64,000 nucleotides of DNA. Origin: Octopus sinensis (Eukaryota). This document shows, in pieces, positions 1-13,739 of the stretch. Location: NCBI RefSeq assembly GCF_006345805.1, contig NC_043011.1, positions 2,914,001 through 2,978,000 on the forward strand. Direction: 5' to 3'. The position numbers and the translations under genes are program-made. How positions within the stretch are numbered: the first letter of the stretch is position 1; each line of letters opens with the position of its first letter. Below the pieces are notes generated by a model. The model did not search any database, was not told where the DNA came from, and saw only the letters and a list, made by a program, of their open reading frames with translations.

Positions 1-159
1 AGCATATGTCATCATCATCATCATCATTGTGTGTATAAACAAAATCATTAATCTCCCTCTGCCCGGCTAAAGAACCATCTGTTGCCATGTGTTTGATTCC
101 AAGAGTAATGACACTCTGGTATGATATCGAACTGATTTCAAAGTTTTTGCTTTCAAAAT

Positions 160-367
160 TTGGCACAAGGCCAGCAATTTCAGCTGAGTGGGTAAGTCAT
201 TTACATGAACCCCAGTGCTCAACTGGTACATATTTCATTGACCCCCAAAAGGATGAAAGGCAAAGTCAACCTCGGTGGAATGTGAACTCTGAACATAAAG
301 ACAGACGAAATGTTGCCAAGCATTCTACCTAGCAATTCTAAAGATTGTGCTAGCTCACCACCTTAGG
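160..367 (-). mobile_element. SINE-C, decayed
   Basis: Homology to 45924-46328. Confidence 0.7.
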
Positions 368-1009
368 TTTCATAGTTATTAATAACGGAGCATATAGTGA
401 AGTTCAATTATTTTGATATTACATTTTGTAGAAGAATAAAATTTAGATTTGAGGAATTCCAATGTAGAAAATTGGCTAGAATTTCAGCCTGTAAACATTT
501 TAATGATTGCCATCTGGTATCTGTAACAGGAATCAATACTCCTACATATGTAGTTTCTTTTCTTTTTTTTTTTTTATTCTATAAATATATGACCTTCAGG
601 AAATTTGTTTTCATGTTGTGACAGTTTCTAAATTCAGAATGGATAGAACTACCCCACCCTTCTCTTTTTGCTTTAATGGAGTATTTTCAAAATTTTTATT
701 ATTACTTTTAGTGAGCCCAAATTCATAAATTACAAAAGCTTTCTTTCTATAACTTGTATGTTTAGAAGGCTTATAGGATATTTTATTTCACATTAAATTT
801 CTCTGTATAATAACCATTTTATATATTCCACTTCCAATTATTGGGAAATGTTTGGCACATAGAACAGTTCCTTTATATTTCCCTTAATGAATCTGCTGTT
901 TATTTTCATGTTATAAAGAATCAGACATGCTTCTTTCTTTTTATTCCATCTTCATATATGTCGTATCAAAATATATTTGTTAAGTCTAAATCTGTGTGCT
1001 GAAATATAT

Positions 1010-1194
1010 TTATGTTATACACGTACATATACACATGTACATATGCATACATATCTCTGCGCATATATATATGTGTGTGTATGTGTGTAACATTCATAAA
1101 TGTATTATATCTAAATATCTAAATATATATATATATACATACGTATATACACATATGCATACATACATACATACATACATTACATACATACATA

Positions 1195-1240
<46 letters not shown>

Positions 1241-1263
1241 CACACATATATATATATATATTA

Positions 1264-1295
<32 letters not shown>

Positions 1296-1303
1296 CATAA
1301 TAT

Positions 1304-1357
<54 letters not shown>

Positions 1358-1395
1358 CATAATATATATATGCATGCACATACGTGTGTGTGTAT
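1010..1395. repeat. Compound (TA)n/(TACA)n microsatellite
   Basis: Seen directly. Confidence 0.95.
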
Positions 1396-2616
1396 TAGAT
1401 TCTTACCTTAGTTGATTATCAGTATAAGATGAATAATAATTTGAGATGTAATCATTAAAGATGCAAGAAAACATCATTACTAAAGGATTATCAAAGAAAA
1501 TGCTAAGAAAATGTTGCAATCATTATAAATATAGAAGTTCCATTCCATGTTTCATATACATAATTCCTATTCATGCTTTTACAATATTGAAATCCAAACA
1601 ATCCGAAACTATATTTCAATTTATTGAAAACTATTTATGAAGGTTATCAATAATAACTTTGCAAGAAATGTAAATCACTGTCTCTATAGCCAAGTATATC
1701 AATTAATGCTACCTTTATTTAAGTATTGGGAATCCTTCTTTGATCAACAATGATTATTCTGCTCATTATAAAAGTCTTCTTTTGAAATATTGCAAGCAAT
1801 TGAATCAATAAATTTTGATATTTGGAAAATAAGGCAACTTGAGCAGCATACATTTTTAGTAAGAACAATTCTAGTTGCATTCTTAAATGGTTGATGAAGA
1901 ATATAATTTAATTTGTGGTATGAATAGGGACCACAACTGTATAGATATGTTGTGAAAGTGTAACTCTTACTGTATGACCAACTTGTAAAGATAGCCTCAT
2001 TTCTGCAGTCATGGAGTAATGTAGCCATGTAACGTATATACATTTTGAATTAGCAATATCAATGAAGTTATTACCAATAAAAGGAATTTGATATTTTAGC
2101 ACTTGACAATAATCTTTACATTCAGAGGAAACTAATGGCTATCTGGATTATAAAATATCATACAAGTAGGTGTCCCCATTATAAGACATAAAACCTCAGT
2201 ATATATAACCCAACTAATATCTTGATATAATATCTGTAGTTTGCTTATAAACTTCAGATCAAAAGTGTGGGATCTTCTAGTTAGAGTGTAAGAGAGATAA
2301 TTCTGTGGAAAACTTTTCAATTACCACAACATTAGAAGTGAATAAAAATAACTAAATTTTTTTCTTAACTTTTTATTACTGAGATGAAAAAAGGACAAAT
2401 CAAGAAAAAGTTAAAATTATATAACGTTGAAAAAATGTATTCAAACAGTCACATAGGAATGTGCTATTTCTTTTTATGGCATCAACATGTTACGTATATA
2501 TGACCTAGTACACTTTAATTTTATTGTTATATGTATATATACACAAACACATATACAGAATAAGTAGCTCAGTACATGAGCATCTATTATTATACACACA
2601 CACATATTTAATGTAT

Positions 2617-2880
2617 GGCCATTGCCAGTGCCACCCCGACTGGCGTCCGTGCTAGTGGCACGTAAAAGGCACCATCCGATCATGGCCTTGTCTGGCACCT
2701 GTGCAGGTAGCACGTAAAAAGCATCCACTACACTCATGGAGCGGTTGGCGTTAGGAAGGGCATCCAGCCGTAGAAACATTGCCAGATCAGACAGGGCCCG
2801 GCACAGCCTTCCGGCTTCCGAGACCCCTGTTGAACCGTCCAACCCATGCTAGCATGGAAAACGGACGTTAAATGATAATG
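2617..2880 (+). mobile_element. SINE-D (internal tandem gtgcc..gcacgtaaaaagcacc units, (GAT)n tail)
   Basis: Intra-window homology. Confidence 0.85.
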
Positions 2881-4719
2881 ACACACATACACACACTCAG
2901 ACACAACACATACTCACACACAACATACACATACAAGTAAACATTGCTGCTCTCCACACCTCTTGAACTGCTGCTTGTCACCTCATCCTTTCTGAGCCAT
3001 ATCTATTTCTCTCAACTCCTTTGCCATACTAATATTTATCCACCAGACTTCTACCCCTTTGCATTACTCCCTACATCAACTTGTAGCCCAACCGCGAGCC
3101 ATCTGTCACTCATTCCAACACTTTTATGAAATTTCTTACCCATTCCTTCTCCTTTCATCCACTGTTTTTATTTCCCCCTTAGACTCACCTTCTTGTACTT
3201 TGAAAATATGCTCTGACATCCCATCATAATTACATAATGACCAGGTAAATCAAGATCAATGTAATAGTAAGAGTAAGTATGGATGTAATTGTAGAGCAGG
3301 TAGTAATTATCTACAGAATGGAAACATCCTGCTTAGAAACATTCTGTATAAAAATAATATAGTGATACATAATGCATGCAAATATCACACAAGGTCTACA
3401 ACAAATCATTTAACAAATGTTATATTCCCTTTCATTCACTAATCATTCACTAATCTTAGTTTTAGACACTCAAGCTTTCTGGTAGAATATATATATATTA
3501 TTTACTTCAAACCCAACTGCCAACTCGCTGTCACTTCCTACACTTTCAGGAAAGTTCTCACCGTTCCTTCTCCTCTCATCCACCGTTTATATTTTCCCTT
3601 ATACTTATCTTCTAGTAGAAATATATTTTATCTACTAAAGGTATAAATTGTAGCTTGGAAAGGAGTATTACATATTCAACCAAATATGCTGAAGAGATAG
3701 AAAGAAGTACTATCATTTATGTACAAGTGAAACACCTGAAAGCTTAATAGCAGATTGAAGTTTATTAAACAGAATAAATGAAATTATTATTAAATGCTGG
3801 TAGAAATTTTCTTTGACATTTAATTATCATGCAATACAAAAATATGAAAAATTATGATGGTGGTGATTGTGATTGTGGTAGTAAGAAGAGGAAGAAAATG
3901 ATGTATGATAGTACAGGATGGAGCTATATTAATTATAATTGTAGCCATATTAATGTAGATGTATGTGCAAAGGACTTTTTCTAAATATGATTACAGATGT
4001 TAACGACATTAGCGAATCAGTATGATATAATTAAAATTGAGTTTACGTGTAGTGACTCCCTATTGTCACTTTCACTCAGCTTTCTTTCATTAAATTTTCG
4101 TTAATAATTTAATTGATTATGCTTATGCACTTTAAAAATCATACTCTCTACATCATATTCTAAGTTCCATTCAGAAAATGATAGCTACGAATAAATATTG
4201 GTGTTTATGTATCCAAATTTATCTGAAATCTGCTCGCAAATAATAATACCACAAATAACATTATAATTTTGAATAAGGTTTACATTTAACGATTCCCTAC
4301 TGCTTTAGTTTAACATTACTACATTCACATTGCCTATCATGCACATGATCGTTTAATCAATTATTATACCGTAATTGATCAATTATTCAAATTTATTCTT
4401 ATTTATCTGACCGATCATGTGTTAACTGCTAACTGCTACAAAACCATATTATGTTTTTCTAAGATTTTCCAAGGATTTTCAAATATTCATGTGAACTTTT
4501 CTCTGCTTCATGATATTATATGATATTCTTTTGTATTACACTATCATGTTATATTATCATGTCTTTAATATGCAAATACGATTTGCATCATTGCTAATTC
4601 TCTGTAACACATGGCTTATTTATGTAGTTTAGTTATGAAATATTCTATGTATCACTCCCTAACTATGATATATTTGAGTATTCTATGTGACAAATGAATG
4701 TCTAATATAATGCACTTAG

Positions 4720-5490
4720 AAATGTAGCCGTGTGGTGAGAAGCACATGGTTTGGGATTCAGTCTCACTGCCTAACACTTTGGCCAAGTGTCTTCTGCTAT
4801 AACCTCAGGCTGACCAAAGCTTTGCAAGTAGCTTTTATAGATGGAAACTGAAATAATTTTGTAATATATGTGCGTATGTGTGTGTATATATATATATATA
4901 TCATTATCATCATCATCGTTTAACGTCCGTTTTCCATGCTAGCATGGGTTGGATGGTTCGACTGGGGTCTGGGGAGCCAGGTGGCTGCACTAGGCTCCAG
5001 TCTGATCTGGCAGTGTTTCTACAGCTGGATGCCCTTCCTAACGCCAACCACTCCATGAGTGTAGTGGGTGCTTTTTATATGCCACCTGCACAGGTATCAC
5101 AACTACAATTTCCATTTGATATTTATTTTGGTGTTGATGTACTTGACTCAATAGGTCTCCTCAAGCACAGTAGGTCATGTGCCACTGGCACAGAAGCCAG
5201 TCAAGGCGGCGCTATATCATGATGATGATATATATATATATATATACAAATATATATACACACACGTGTGTGCTTGTGTGTCTGTGTATGTGGTGTTTAT
5301 CTCCTCACACTGCTTGGCAACTAGCGTTGATTTATTTATGTCCCTGTAACTTAGCAATTTGGCAAAAGAGACTAAGAGAATAAGTACCAGGCTTTAAAAG
5401 AAGTCCTTGGGGATCAATCCATTCAGCTAAAAGTTCTTCAAAGCAGTGCTCCAGCCTAACCACACTCTTATGACTGAAGCAAATAAACCA
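4720..5490 (+). mobile_element. SINE-A (tRNA-derived head, internal microsatellite, agtaaaag tail), decayed; SINE-D inserted in its TA tract
   Basis: Head 4720-4880 and tail 5260-5490 are homologous to the other SINE-A copies. Confidence 0.7.
4901..5216 (-). mobile_element. SINE-D
   Basis: Intra-window homology. Confidence 0.85.
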
Positions 5491-6472
5491 TAAAAAAAGG
5501 AAAGACATGTCCATGTGGGCTGGGGTATGCATAGTGAAGGTGTGCAGCCTAGTGGTCAGGGTGTTGCACTCACAGCTGCAACATTGTGGTTTGCACTATT
5601 GAACTGGGCTGTGTGCAGCACTTCGTTTCACATTGCTGCAGTCCACTCTGTCGTAAACAAGTAACTCTGAAATGGATTAACTTTCTCTGAATGAGAATGT
5701 TGTGATCTCATTCACTTATGCACCCTGGAAAGCAGGTAACCAGCCTTCAGCCTACACCATAGGAATACTTGGAGTCCTTCACTAATGTAAACAATATTGT
5801 TAGCCTGGTGTTCCAACAGAGGGCTTATGAAGTATTTTGCCTAGATTGATAATCTCTCACTGTACACGAATGCACACAAATCTGCATGCACACACACGTA
5901 TTTTATATGTAGTTAAGTCTATGTCCAGTTACAGAGTGACCAATGGTTTTGCATCTACAAAGGGCTTAGCACCATGGACAGCTCATCAAACTCTAAAACT
6001 GAAGACAACTATTGGTCACTCTATCACTGGACATAGACTTAACTACATATGAATACATTACTGTTCTATGCTTTAGAGTGTGCTTCTTATTTGGATATAC
6101 GATACCCTAATATATATATTCCAAGCTGGTATGGTTTGGGCAGTTGTTCAGGATTCAAGAGATCAGAGAACTGCATTTAACTCCAATACCTGTTTTGGCG
6201 TGGTTTCTATGGGTGGATAACCTTTCCATTGCCAACCACTTTACAGAGTGTATTGGGTGCTTTTCTAGTCACCAGCACTAGAGAGATTGCAAGACAAGAC
6301 TCCTTGATTAAAAGGCAGGGAGTAGTAAGGAGGGATTTGCTATATGTCAGTTGTTGAAAGCTAGAGTGTGATAGTGAGATAGGAACTATAGTTTCGCTGT
6401 AGAAGAGATACATAGTATACATCATAGGTTAACAGGCAAATGTAAAGAAATAAATAACATTTTATGTGTGTG

Positions 6473-6507
<35 letters not shown>

Positions 6508-6972
6508 ATGTGTGTGTGTGTGAATGAATACATGTATATGTGTGTTTGTGTTTCTCTGCGTGTATATATGTGTATGGTCCTATGTAGTTTTGATGTGTGT
6601 GTGTGTGTGTGTATACATCTCTCCCTCTATATATCTTGTATGTATGGGTATGTGTGTGTGTGGTGGGGGTATTGGTATGTGTTTATGTTTGTAATAAACA
6701 CTCAATTTAAACAGTGAATGACAAATTCTAAAATATCAGTTTGAAAATCATTTTTAAGTGAGAAATTCCTATCAGAGTCACCTTTTTTTTTAAACACTTC
6801 ATAACTTATAAACATCCAATTATTAGAGTGGAAAAATTATCAGAAAAGCCATTCCTATTCCCTTTTTAAAATATATAATACTGTACCAAGAACTTTCTAT
6901 TTCTATTTCTTATTCTACTGTGTATATATATATATGTGTGTGTGTGTGTGTATGTATATATATATATATATA

Positions 6973-7236
6973 TCACGTGATCACGTGATCGATGTTGTTA
7001 CACATCGCTGGTCACAATGCGTTCGCATTGTTTTAGCCTTCGAATGACGCCACTCTGCTGGCTAAGCGAGCAGGCCAACAGACGAAAGATTGAGAGAAAG
7101 AGTGGTGAAAGAGTACAGCAGGGATCACCACCCCCTGCCGGAGCGTCGTGGAGCTTTTAGGTGTTTTCGCTCAATAAACACTCACAACGCCCGGTCTGGG
7201 AATCGAAACCATGATCCTACGACCGTGAGTCCGCTG
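6973..7236 (-). mobile_element. SINE-B (tRNA-Arg-like head, resembles octopus OR-type SINEs), tail type ii; head truncated by the LINE-derived insert
   Basis: Homology to 59508-59808. Confidence 0.85.
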
Positions 7237-7286
7237 ACTCATACACTGTTCACTTTCCAGACATTTGTACATTACTGCATACACTT

Positions 7287-7291
<5 letters not shown>
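7234..7291 (+). repeat. 58-nt exact inverted copy of LINE 3'UTR segment 9299-9356
   Basis: Direct sequence comparison, no mismatches; joins a SINE-B to a (TA)n tract. Confidence 0.9.
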
Positions 7292-7348
<57 letters not shown>

Positions 7349-7385
7349 GTATGTATGTATGTATATATGTGTGTGAAACATTCAA

Positions 7386-7676
7386 GCGAGGTCATCACCA
7401 GTGCCGCTGGACTGGCTCCTGTACAGGTGGTACATAAAAAGCACCATTTGGGCATGCCCGTTGCCAGTTCCACCAAACTGGCCCTCGTGCCGGTGGCATG
7501 TAAAAGCACCCACTATACTCTCGGAGTGGTTGATGTTAGGAAGGGCATCCAGCTGTAGAAACTCTACCAGATCAGATTGGAGTTTGGTTCACCAGACCTC
7601 AGTTAAATCATCCGACCCATGCTAGCATGGGAAGCGGACGTTAAATGATGATGATGAGGATGATGATGATGATGAT
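7386..7676 (+). mobile_element. SINE-D
   Basis: Intra-window homology; (GAT)n tail. Confidence 0.85.
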
Positions 7677-8278
7677 ATATATTATATCTATATATATATA
7701 TATTATATATATATATACTCATTTCAGCCATGTAACTATACCCGTGCTTTTCTCAGACTATTCTCTTCCTTCCCTTCAGACCTTCCCCTCTTTCCTCTTT
7801 ATGACAAAAATCCATACTCGAAAAGTCATACCCTCTCTTTTTCCCCTCATCTTAAACTGTGCATCAACCTAATACATTCACTGTGTATGCACTTTTGTTG
7901 TTTTTGTTTTCATTTTTGATTCCCCCCCCCCCCACACACACACACACCTATGCATTTTGTCTGCTGGTAGTAAATATGTGCATACATGAGTTCATGTAAT
8001 AATCTACAGGACCAAGTTGCTTCATTATATTTCTTTGATCTCTCAAGATCCATTGTTCTGCAATGGTACTTTAGGACACTACTAAACTTTAGCATCTACG
8101 AGTGGTTGAACCTGATTGGCTAAGACATTATCCTGATGGCGACAATAATTCATTTATTGACCAATTTATCCAGTGACCAGCAGAACTAATATCCTTATTT
8201 GTGATTTACTTTTCTTTTTATTTCATTTTCTGCTATTTTTACTGTTGTTATCCTTTTATATTTTATATATCTCTTTCT

Positions 8279-8497
8279 CTCTTTTACTTGTTTCAGTCAT
8301 TTTGACTGCGGCCATGCTGGAGCACCGCCTGTAGTCGAGCAAATCGACCCCGGGACTTATTCCTTGTAAGCCTAGTACTTATTCTATCGGTCTCTTTTGC
8401 CGAACCACTAAGTTACGGTGACATAAACACACCAGCATCGGTTGTCAAGCGATGGTGCGGGGGACAAACACAGACACAAACATACACACACACACAC

Positions 8498-8546
<49 letters not shown>

Positions 8547-8711
8547 TACGACGGGCTTCTTTCAGTTTCTGTCTACCAAATCCACTCACAAGGTATTGGT
8601 CGGCCTGGGGCTATAGCAGAAGACACTTGCCCAAGTTGCCACGCAGTGGGACTGAACCCGGAACCATGTGGTTGGTTAGCAAGCTACTTACCACACAGCC
8701 ACTCCTGCGCC
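8279..8711 (-). mobile_element. SINE-A, full length
   Basis: Homologous to copies at 26545, 31517, 49503. Confidence 0.9.
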
Positions 8712-9137
8712 TTTTTTATTTTATATTTACTTTTTATTGTTGTCTTTTTATTTCTGCTCCTTTTTCCTTCATTATTCCTATATTTCCTTTTTCCCTTTCT
8801 ATTTCTAACTTTTTCTTTTCCTTATTGCTTTCTATGCATAGGTGTGGTTTTCATTTAGTAAATCGTTTTCCAAAACGAAAACCTAATAATTTGCTTCTTA
8901 CATCCTTTGTCATTATATTTTATAATGAAAGTCATTGTAATGTTATATGAATCATATAGTTTTATTCAAATACATGAGTATGTAAATGTATAAACACACA
9001 TACTCACACAGCACACACACATCATCATCATCATCATTATTATCATTGTCATCATTATTGTTTAGCATTAATTTTAAATGATGATTAAGATGGTGATGAT
9101 GATGATGTGTGTGTGAGTGTGTATTTTTACATTTTTG

Positions 9138-9203
9138 TTTACATCACTGGTCTGGAACCTCTATCTTGCCCAGGATATTAATCATCTAGAAACCGTTCAG
9201 CGA
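9138..9203 (+). repeat. 66-nt exact inverted copy of LINE segment 9750-9815
   Basis: Direct sequence comparison, no mismatches. Confidence 0.9.
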
Positions 9204-9238
9204 ACCAGTTTTTTGTTTATATATATCTATATATCTAT

Positions 9239-10100
9239 ATAATAATAATGAAATTATTGTATACAGGGCTCAGGTGCACCACAGCTTGTCAAAAGTGCAT
9301 ACAAAGTGTATGCAGTAATGTACAAATGTCTGGAAAGTGAACAGTGTATGAGTCAGATACATGTTTGTGCGTGTATGGAGGGGAGAAAATCAGGTGTAGT
9401 ATTGGCGAATCTCAGGAAGCATGGAAGTTTTGAAGGATGCAGTGCTCCGACAACTAACAACTGATGCCGCCAGTCTGTTCCATGCTTCAGCAACTCTTAG
9501 CGGGAAAAAATGTTTCCGAAAGTCATGGGAGCTGTGCTATTTTCTGATTTTGTAAACATGTCCATGGGTGTTAGACAGGTGAAGTCTGAAAAGGTGCCCA
9601 GAGTTATTGTTTGTAAGATGGTTAATAATTTTATGGGTGTCTGCCAAGTCAGCTGCCAGTCGTCGGAGTTTCAATGTATCCATGCCCAGGGAAGTAAGGC
9701 ATTCAGAATATGGCAAATGCCTGATGGAGGGTATTCTCTTGGTTTCACGTCGCTGAACGGTTTCTAGATGATTAATATCCTGGGCAAGATAGAGGTTCCA
9801 GACCAGTGATGTAAATTCCAGGTGAGGTCGCACCAAAGCTATATAAAGTCGCAGATAGATAGCCAGAGAGCAGCTCACAAAGGACTTGGTGAGTGATGCC
9901 AAGACACCCTCAGCCTTCTTGGCAATTTTAGCAATGTGTTTTGTCCAACGCAAATTGCTGTCGACAATAATGCCCAGGTCACGTTCACATGAAGACTTTT
10001 TGAGATTAGTGTTGTGGAGGGAGTAAGTAGACGCTGGGTTTTTCCTCCCAAAATGCATGGTGGTACATTTGTCCACATCCAGCTTGAGTTGCCAGTCCAT
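9239..10100 (-). mobile_element. CR1-like LINE, 5'-truncated 3' end (C-terminal part of the RT ORF plus 3'UTR and (TAT)n tail)
   Basis: ORF 9537-10100: WQLKLDVDKC..H, ERDLGIIVD, LVRPHLE, LETVQRR, LRRLAADL. Continues after a frameshift as RKHFFPLRVAEAWN. Confidence 0.92.
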
Positions 10101-10341
10101 ATCTATCTATCTATCTATCTATATATATATATATTTCGATGGATGAATGAATTATCCTATGTTTACCGTTAACATGGAAAATTCAATGAACCGTTACCAG
10201 GGTAGCAAATTCACGTCAGAAACTCGGTTGAAGCGACCTATCCAAAGGTAGAAGCTCTGGGTTAATGTGCAGTAATTTGTGTGTTACAGATAAATAAGTA
10301 AATAAGTGGAGTTGAACGAAGATGTTAATAAAATTCCTTTA

Positions 10342-10423
10342 CTTTTGACATATGTTTCAAAGACAGCATGGTTTTATTCCAAAGGAATAAACGGTGTAAG
10401 ATGCAATCTTCTCGTCAGGAAAG
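10342..10423 (-). ncRNA. Minimal type I hammerhead ribozyme motif (H1 left arm)
   Basis: Minus strand reads ctttc CTGACGA gaaga...tcttt GAAA CATATG TC aaaag; stem III is the perfect palindrome ACATATGT; one mismatch in stem I. Confidence 0.75.
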
Positions 10424-10506
10424 AAAGAGAGCCTCTCTCAACAAGAAGACATTATAACAGCCATTGTAAATGTTATAATTTCTTGTTGTTGAGAGAGGCT
10501 CTCTTT

Positions 10507-10588
10507 ATTTCCTGATGAGAAGATTGCATCTTACACCGTTTATTCCTTTGGAATAAAACCATGCTGTCTTCGAAACATTTGTCGAAAT
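10507..10588 (+). ncRNA. Minimal type I hammerhead ribozyme motif (H1 right arm)
   Basis: atttc (10507-11) CTGATGA (10512-18), stem II gaaga...tcttc (10519-23/10567-71), GAAA (10572-75), catttg, TC (predicted cleavage after 10583), gaaat pairing with atttc. Confidence 0.8.
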
Positions 10589-10633
10589 TAAAGGAATTTT
10601 ATTAACATCTTCGTTCAACTCAATTTATTCATT

Positions 10634-10678
<45 letters not shown>

Positions 10679-11793
10679 TATATATATATATTGTGTTAGC
10701 ATAGATGTGCATTTGAGGCAGGATTTTGTGGTTGGATGCTCTTTTTGTTGATTACTCTCATCTTGTAAATGATTTCTTTATACTACGGATTTTCAAAATT
10801 ATTTACTGACCAGTCATAATAACAACGAAAACTGTCAGCAATGACCCACGCAAATCATTCTAGCGTCCAAAGCAGGCATAAAATGAGGAGGAAGACAGTG
10901 ATGATCAATATTTGCTCAGTAAACTTGTAACTGTCATAAATGTACGATAAAGAATGTTAACAGAAAAGGTAAACACACTTTGTAAGTACACAGCCTCATG
11001 CAATTCTTAGATATGCATTACATAATGCACAACTTTATCAAATTCTGAACTATTGTATTTTCAATTATTATGAAGCTGGAAAATGGGCAGAGCCTGTGTC
11101 TTCTCTCTTTAACTGCCAACTATCTTGGAAATGATGAGATAGATAGATGTGTCTGTTACAAGAATATTAGCCTATACTTCAAATGTTTATTTGACTCTCA
11201 CTCTAATATAAACATATACATGCATTCATATTCATATATATATAACAACACATAACTTACAACAGAAACCAATTCACCTTTATCGTCTCTGTCTAGTTCA
11301 AAGCCATTTTAATTATTTGTAATTGTCAATGAATGTCAAATAACTATTTGATACTTTAATACAGTCACTGTCATAATACAACCAATGACTAAAGCTGGTG
11401 AGTAGCTTTAGGTAGTTTAAGTAATCCATCAACCAATGGCTCATAACAACTGAAACACTAGCATTGAAATGTAGCTTTAATGAGGTATTAAGAACTTTAT
11501 ACTTGGTTTTATTATTTCTTGACTAAATTATCAAACGTCATAATATGCAATGCGTCTTTGGCCTTCTACTTTATGAGAATTTAAGGAATTAAATCTGTCA
11601 TCCTATTTAAATGAAGAGAAATGGACTACTGCTTCCTGTGTTGTTGTTGTGGTTGACAATAGAAATTCAATGTTGTAATTTGAGATGAAGTGTCAGAATA
11701 ATTTCAACTGAATATTACTTAAAATCTGAGACTTCGATTGAGAACTTGGCCATGTAGGCTATATGTATGTCAGGCAAATATGGCTGAGAGATT

Positions 11794-12105
11794 TCATCAT
11801 CATCATCATCATCGTTTAACGTCCGTTCTCCATGCTAGCATGAGTTGGATGGCTCGACCGGGGATCTGGGAAGCCAGAAGGCTGCACCAGGCTCCAGTCT
11901 GATCTGGCAGTGTTTCTACAGCTGGATGCCCTTCCTAACACCAACCACTCCGTGAGTGTAGTGGGTGCTTTTTACGTGCCACCTGCACAGGTGCCAGGCG
12001 AGGCTGGCAACGGCCACGATCGGATTGGTGCATTTTACGTGCCACCGGCACAGAAGCCAGTTGAGGCGGCACTGGCATCGGCCACGATTCAGATGGTGCT
12101 TGTAT
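11794..12105 (-). mobile_element. SINE-D
   Basis: Intra-window homology. Confidence 0.9.
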
Positions 12106-12786
12106 TCCGTTAAAATATACTCCCACCTTTTCAAATATGCTGCAGAAGTTGCTTAGTGTTTCTGAGCTGCACACTTTTTACTACATTGCTCAGTTTAGTA
12201 AGGCTGGGTGATTAAATTTCAAGTCATTTGAGAATGCTATCTTTAATAGAAAAATCATGTATCCAGTGGTAGATTTATCTCTCATCCACTTAATACAATA
12301 TAACCAAAGTTAAGGTTTCATGTTTCACTTGCATGCATATACTTTGCATATACCGTCAAAGTTTACTGTTGGTTTATATGTTTTGCATTTATTAGAAAAG
12401 TTTGCTGCTTCTTTAATATTAATATGTTACACAGCATATATTACTAAGGTGTATAGATTCATTTACATACATATCTCTGCATATATTATCAAGGTTTACT
12501 GCATCATTTGTGTACATATATTTGTATCTATTACCAAGTTCTACTGCTTCATTTACACACAAATATTTTGTATATATTATCAAGGTCTACTGTTTCAGTT
12601 ACATACATATCCTTCCATATGTTATTGCTACTATCATCTGGGTTTTTGCATTTACTTTACCCAAATACTAACCAATTAAGTTTGCTAATTTCTTGTAAGT
12701 TGATTGTTTGTCAGTGTTTAGATCTCATTCTCACTACCCATTTTTCCAAGTTACATGGTAAAATAATAATGATTAGCAACCTTAAA

Positions 12787-13008
12787 CCCTTTAGCATTTA
12801 AACTGGCCATATCCGGCCGAAAGTATTCTGCCTGTTTTATGTTCAAACTGGCCAGGTCTGGTCTCTCACACCAACCCTACAATATCGTTTGAAAAATTAA
12901 CAGCTACCTCATCAAAATCTCATAGCTACAAGATTAATGCATGATTAGTTCAAAACAATGTGGATAAAAAAGCATTAATTTTGGCAGAATAATGAGAACA
13001 CTAAAGGG
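12787..13008. mobile_element. piggyBac-type MITE, same family as 60749-60962, opposite orientation
   Basis: Same termini and homologous interior; TTAA flanks decayed. Confidence 0.8.
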
Positions 13009-13307
13009 GTAAAATATAGTTTTTGGATTAAAGGTTTCTGTTGTAAATTTCTTCACCATAATGAAAGTTAAATGAATGAGCTCAGTATTATTTCTCAGCC
13101 TATTTTAGCAACTATGTTAAAAACAGTAGCCAAATCACCCTAACTCTCTGGTGATTGACCCCATCAATCTCATCAGTCAAACTTCAAAGTTGTTGTCAAC
13201 CTTTCCTTGTAAAAATAGACTTAATACTGTACTTAAATGTAATACTGTATTCTTTCAGTTAAAGATTCATTGCTTTTATATATGATTTTAGAAAAAGTAT
13301 TTACACC

Positions 13308-13488
13308 TACATACATACATACATACATACATACACACACACACATACATACATACATACATACATACATACATACATACATACATACATACATACATAC
13401 ACACATACATACATACCAACATACATACAAACATGCATACGTATATATGTACATACATACATACATGCACACATACATACATACATAC

Positions 13489-13519
<31 letters not shown>

Positions 13520-13734
13520 CATACACACACACATACATACATTCATACATACATACATACATACATACATACATACATACATACACACATACATACATAC
13601 CAACATACATACAAACATGCATACATATATATGTACATACATACATACATACATACATACATACATACATACATACATACATACATACATACATACATAC
13701 ATACATACATACATACATAAATACATACATACAT
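13308..13734. repeat. (TACA)n array with a 184-bp higher-order duplication
   Basis: Variant block ccaacatacatacaaacatgcatac at 13416 and 13600. Confidence 0.95.
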
Positions 13735-13739
13735 GGTAT

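Larger units (their letters stand above)
10309..10621. mobile_element. Fold-back element H1: 151-bp inverted arms, 11-nt loop, each arm carrying a hammerhead motif; probable Penelope-like/retrozyme 3' fragment pair
   Basis: Arms 10309-10459 and 10471-10621 are reverse complements with 8 substitutions by manual alignment; (TA)n tract on the right. Confidence 0.9.
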
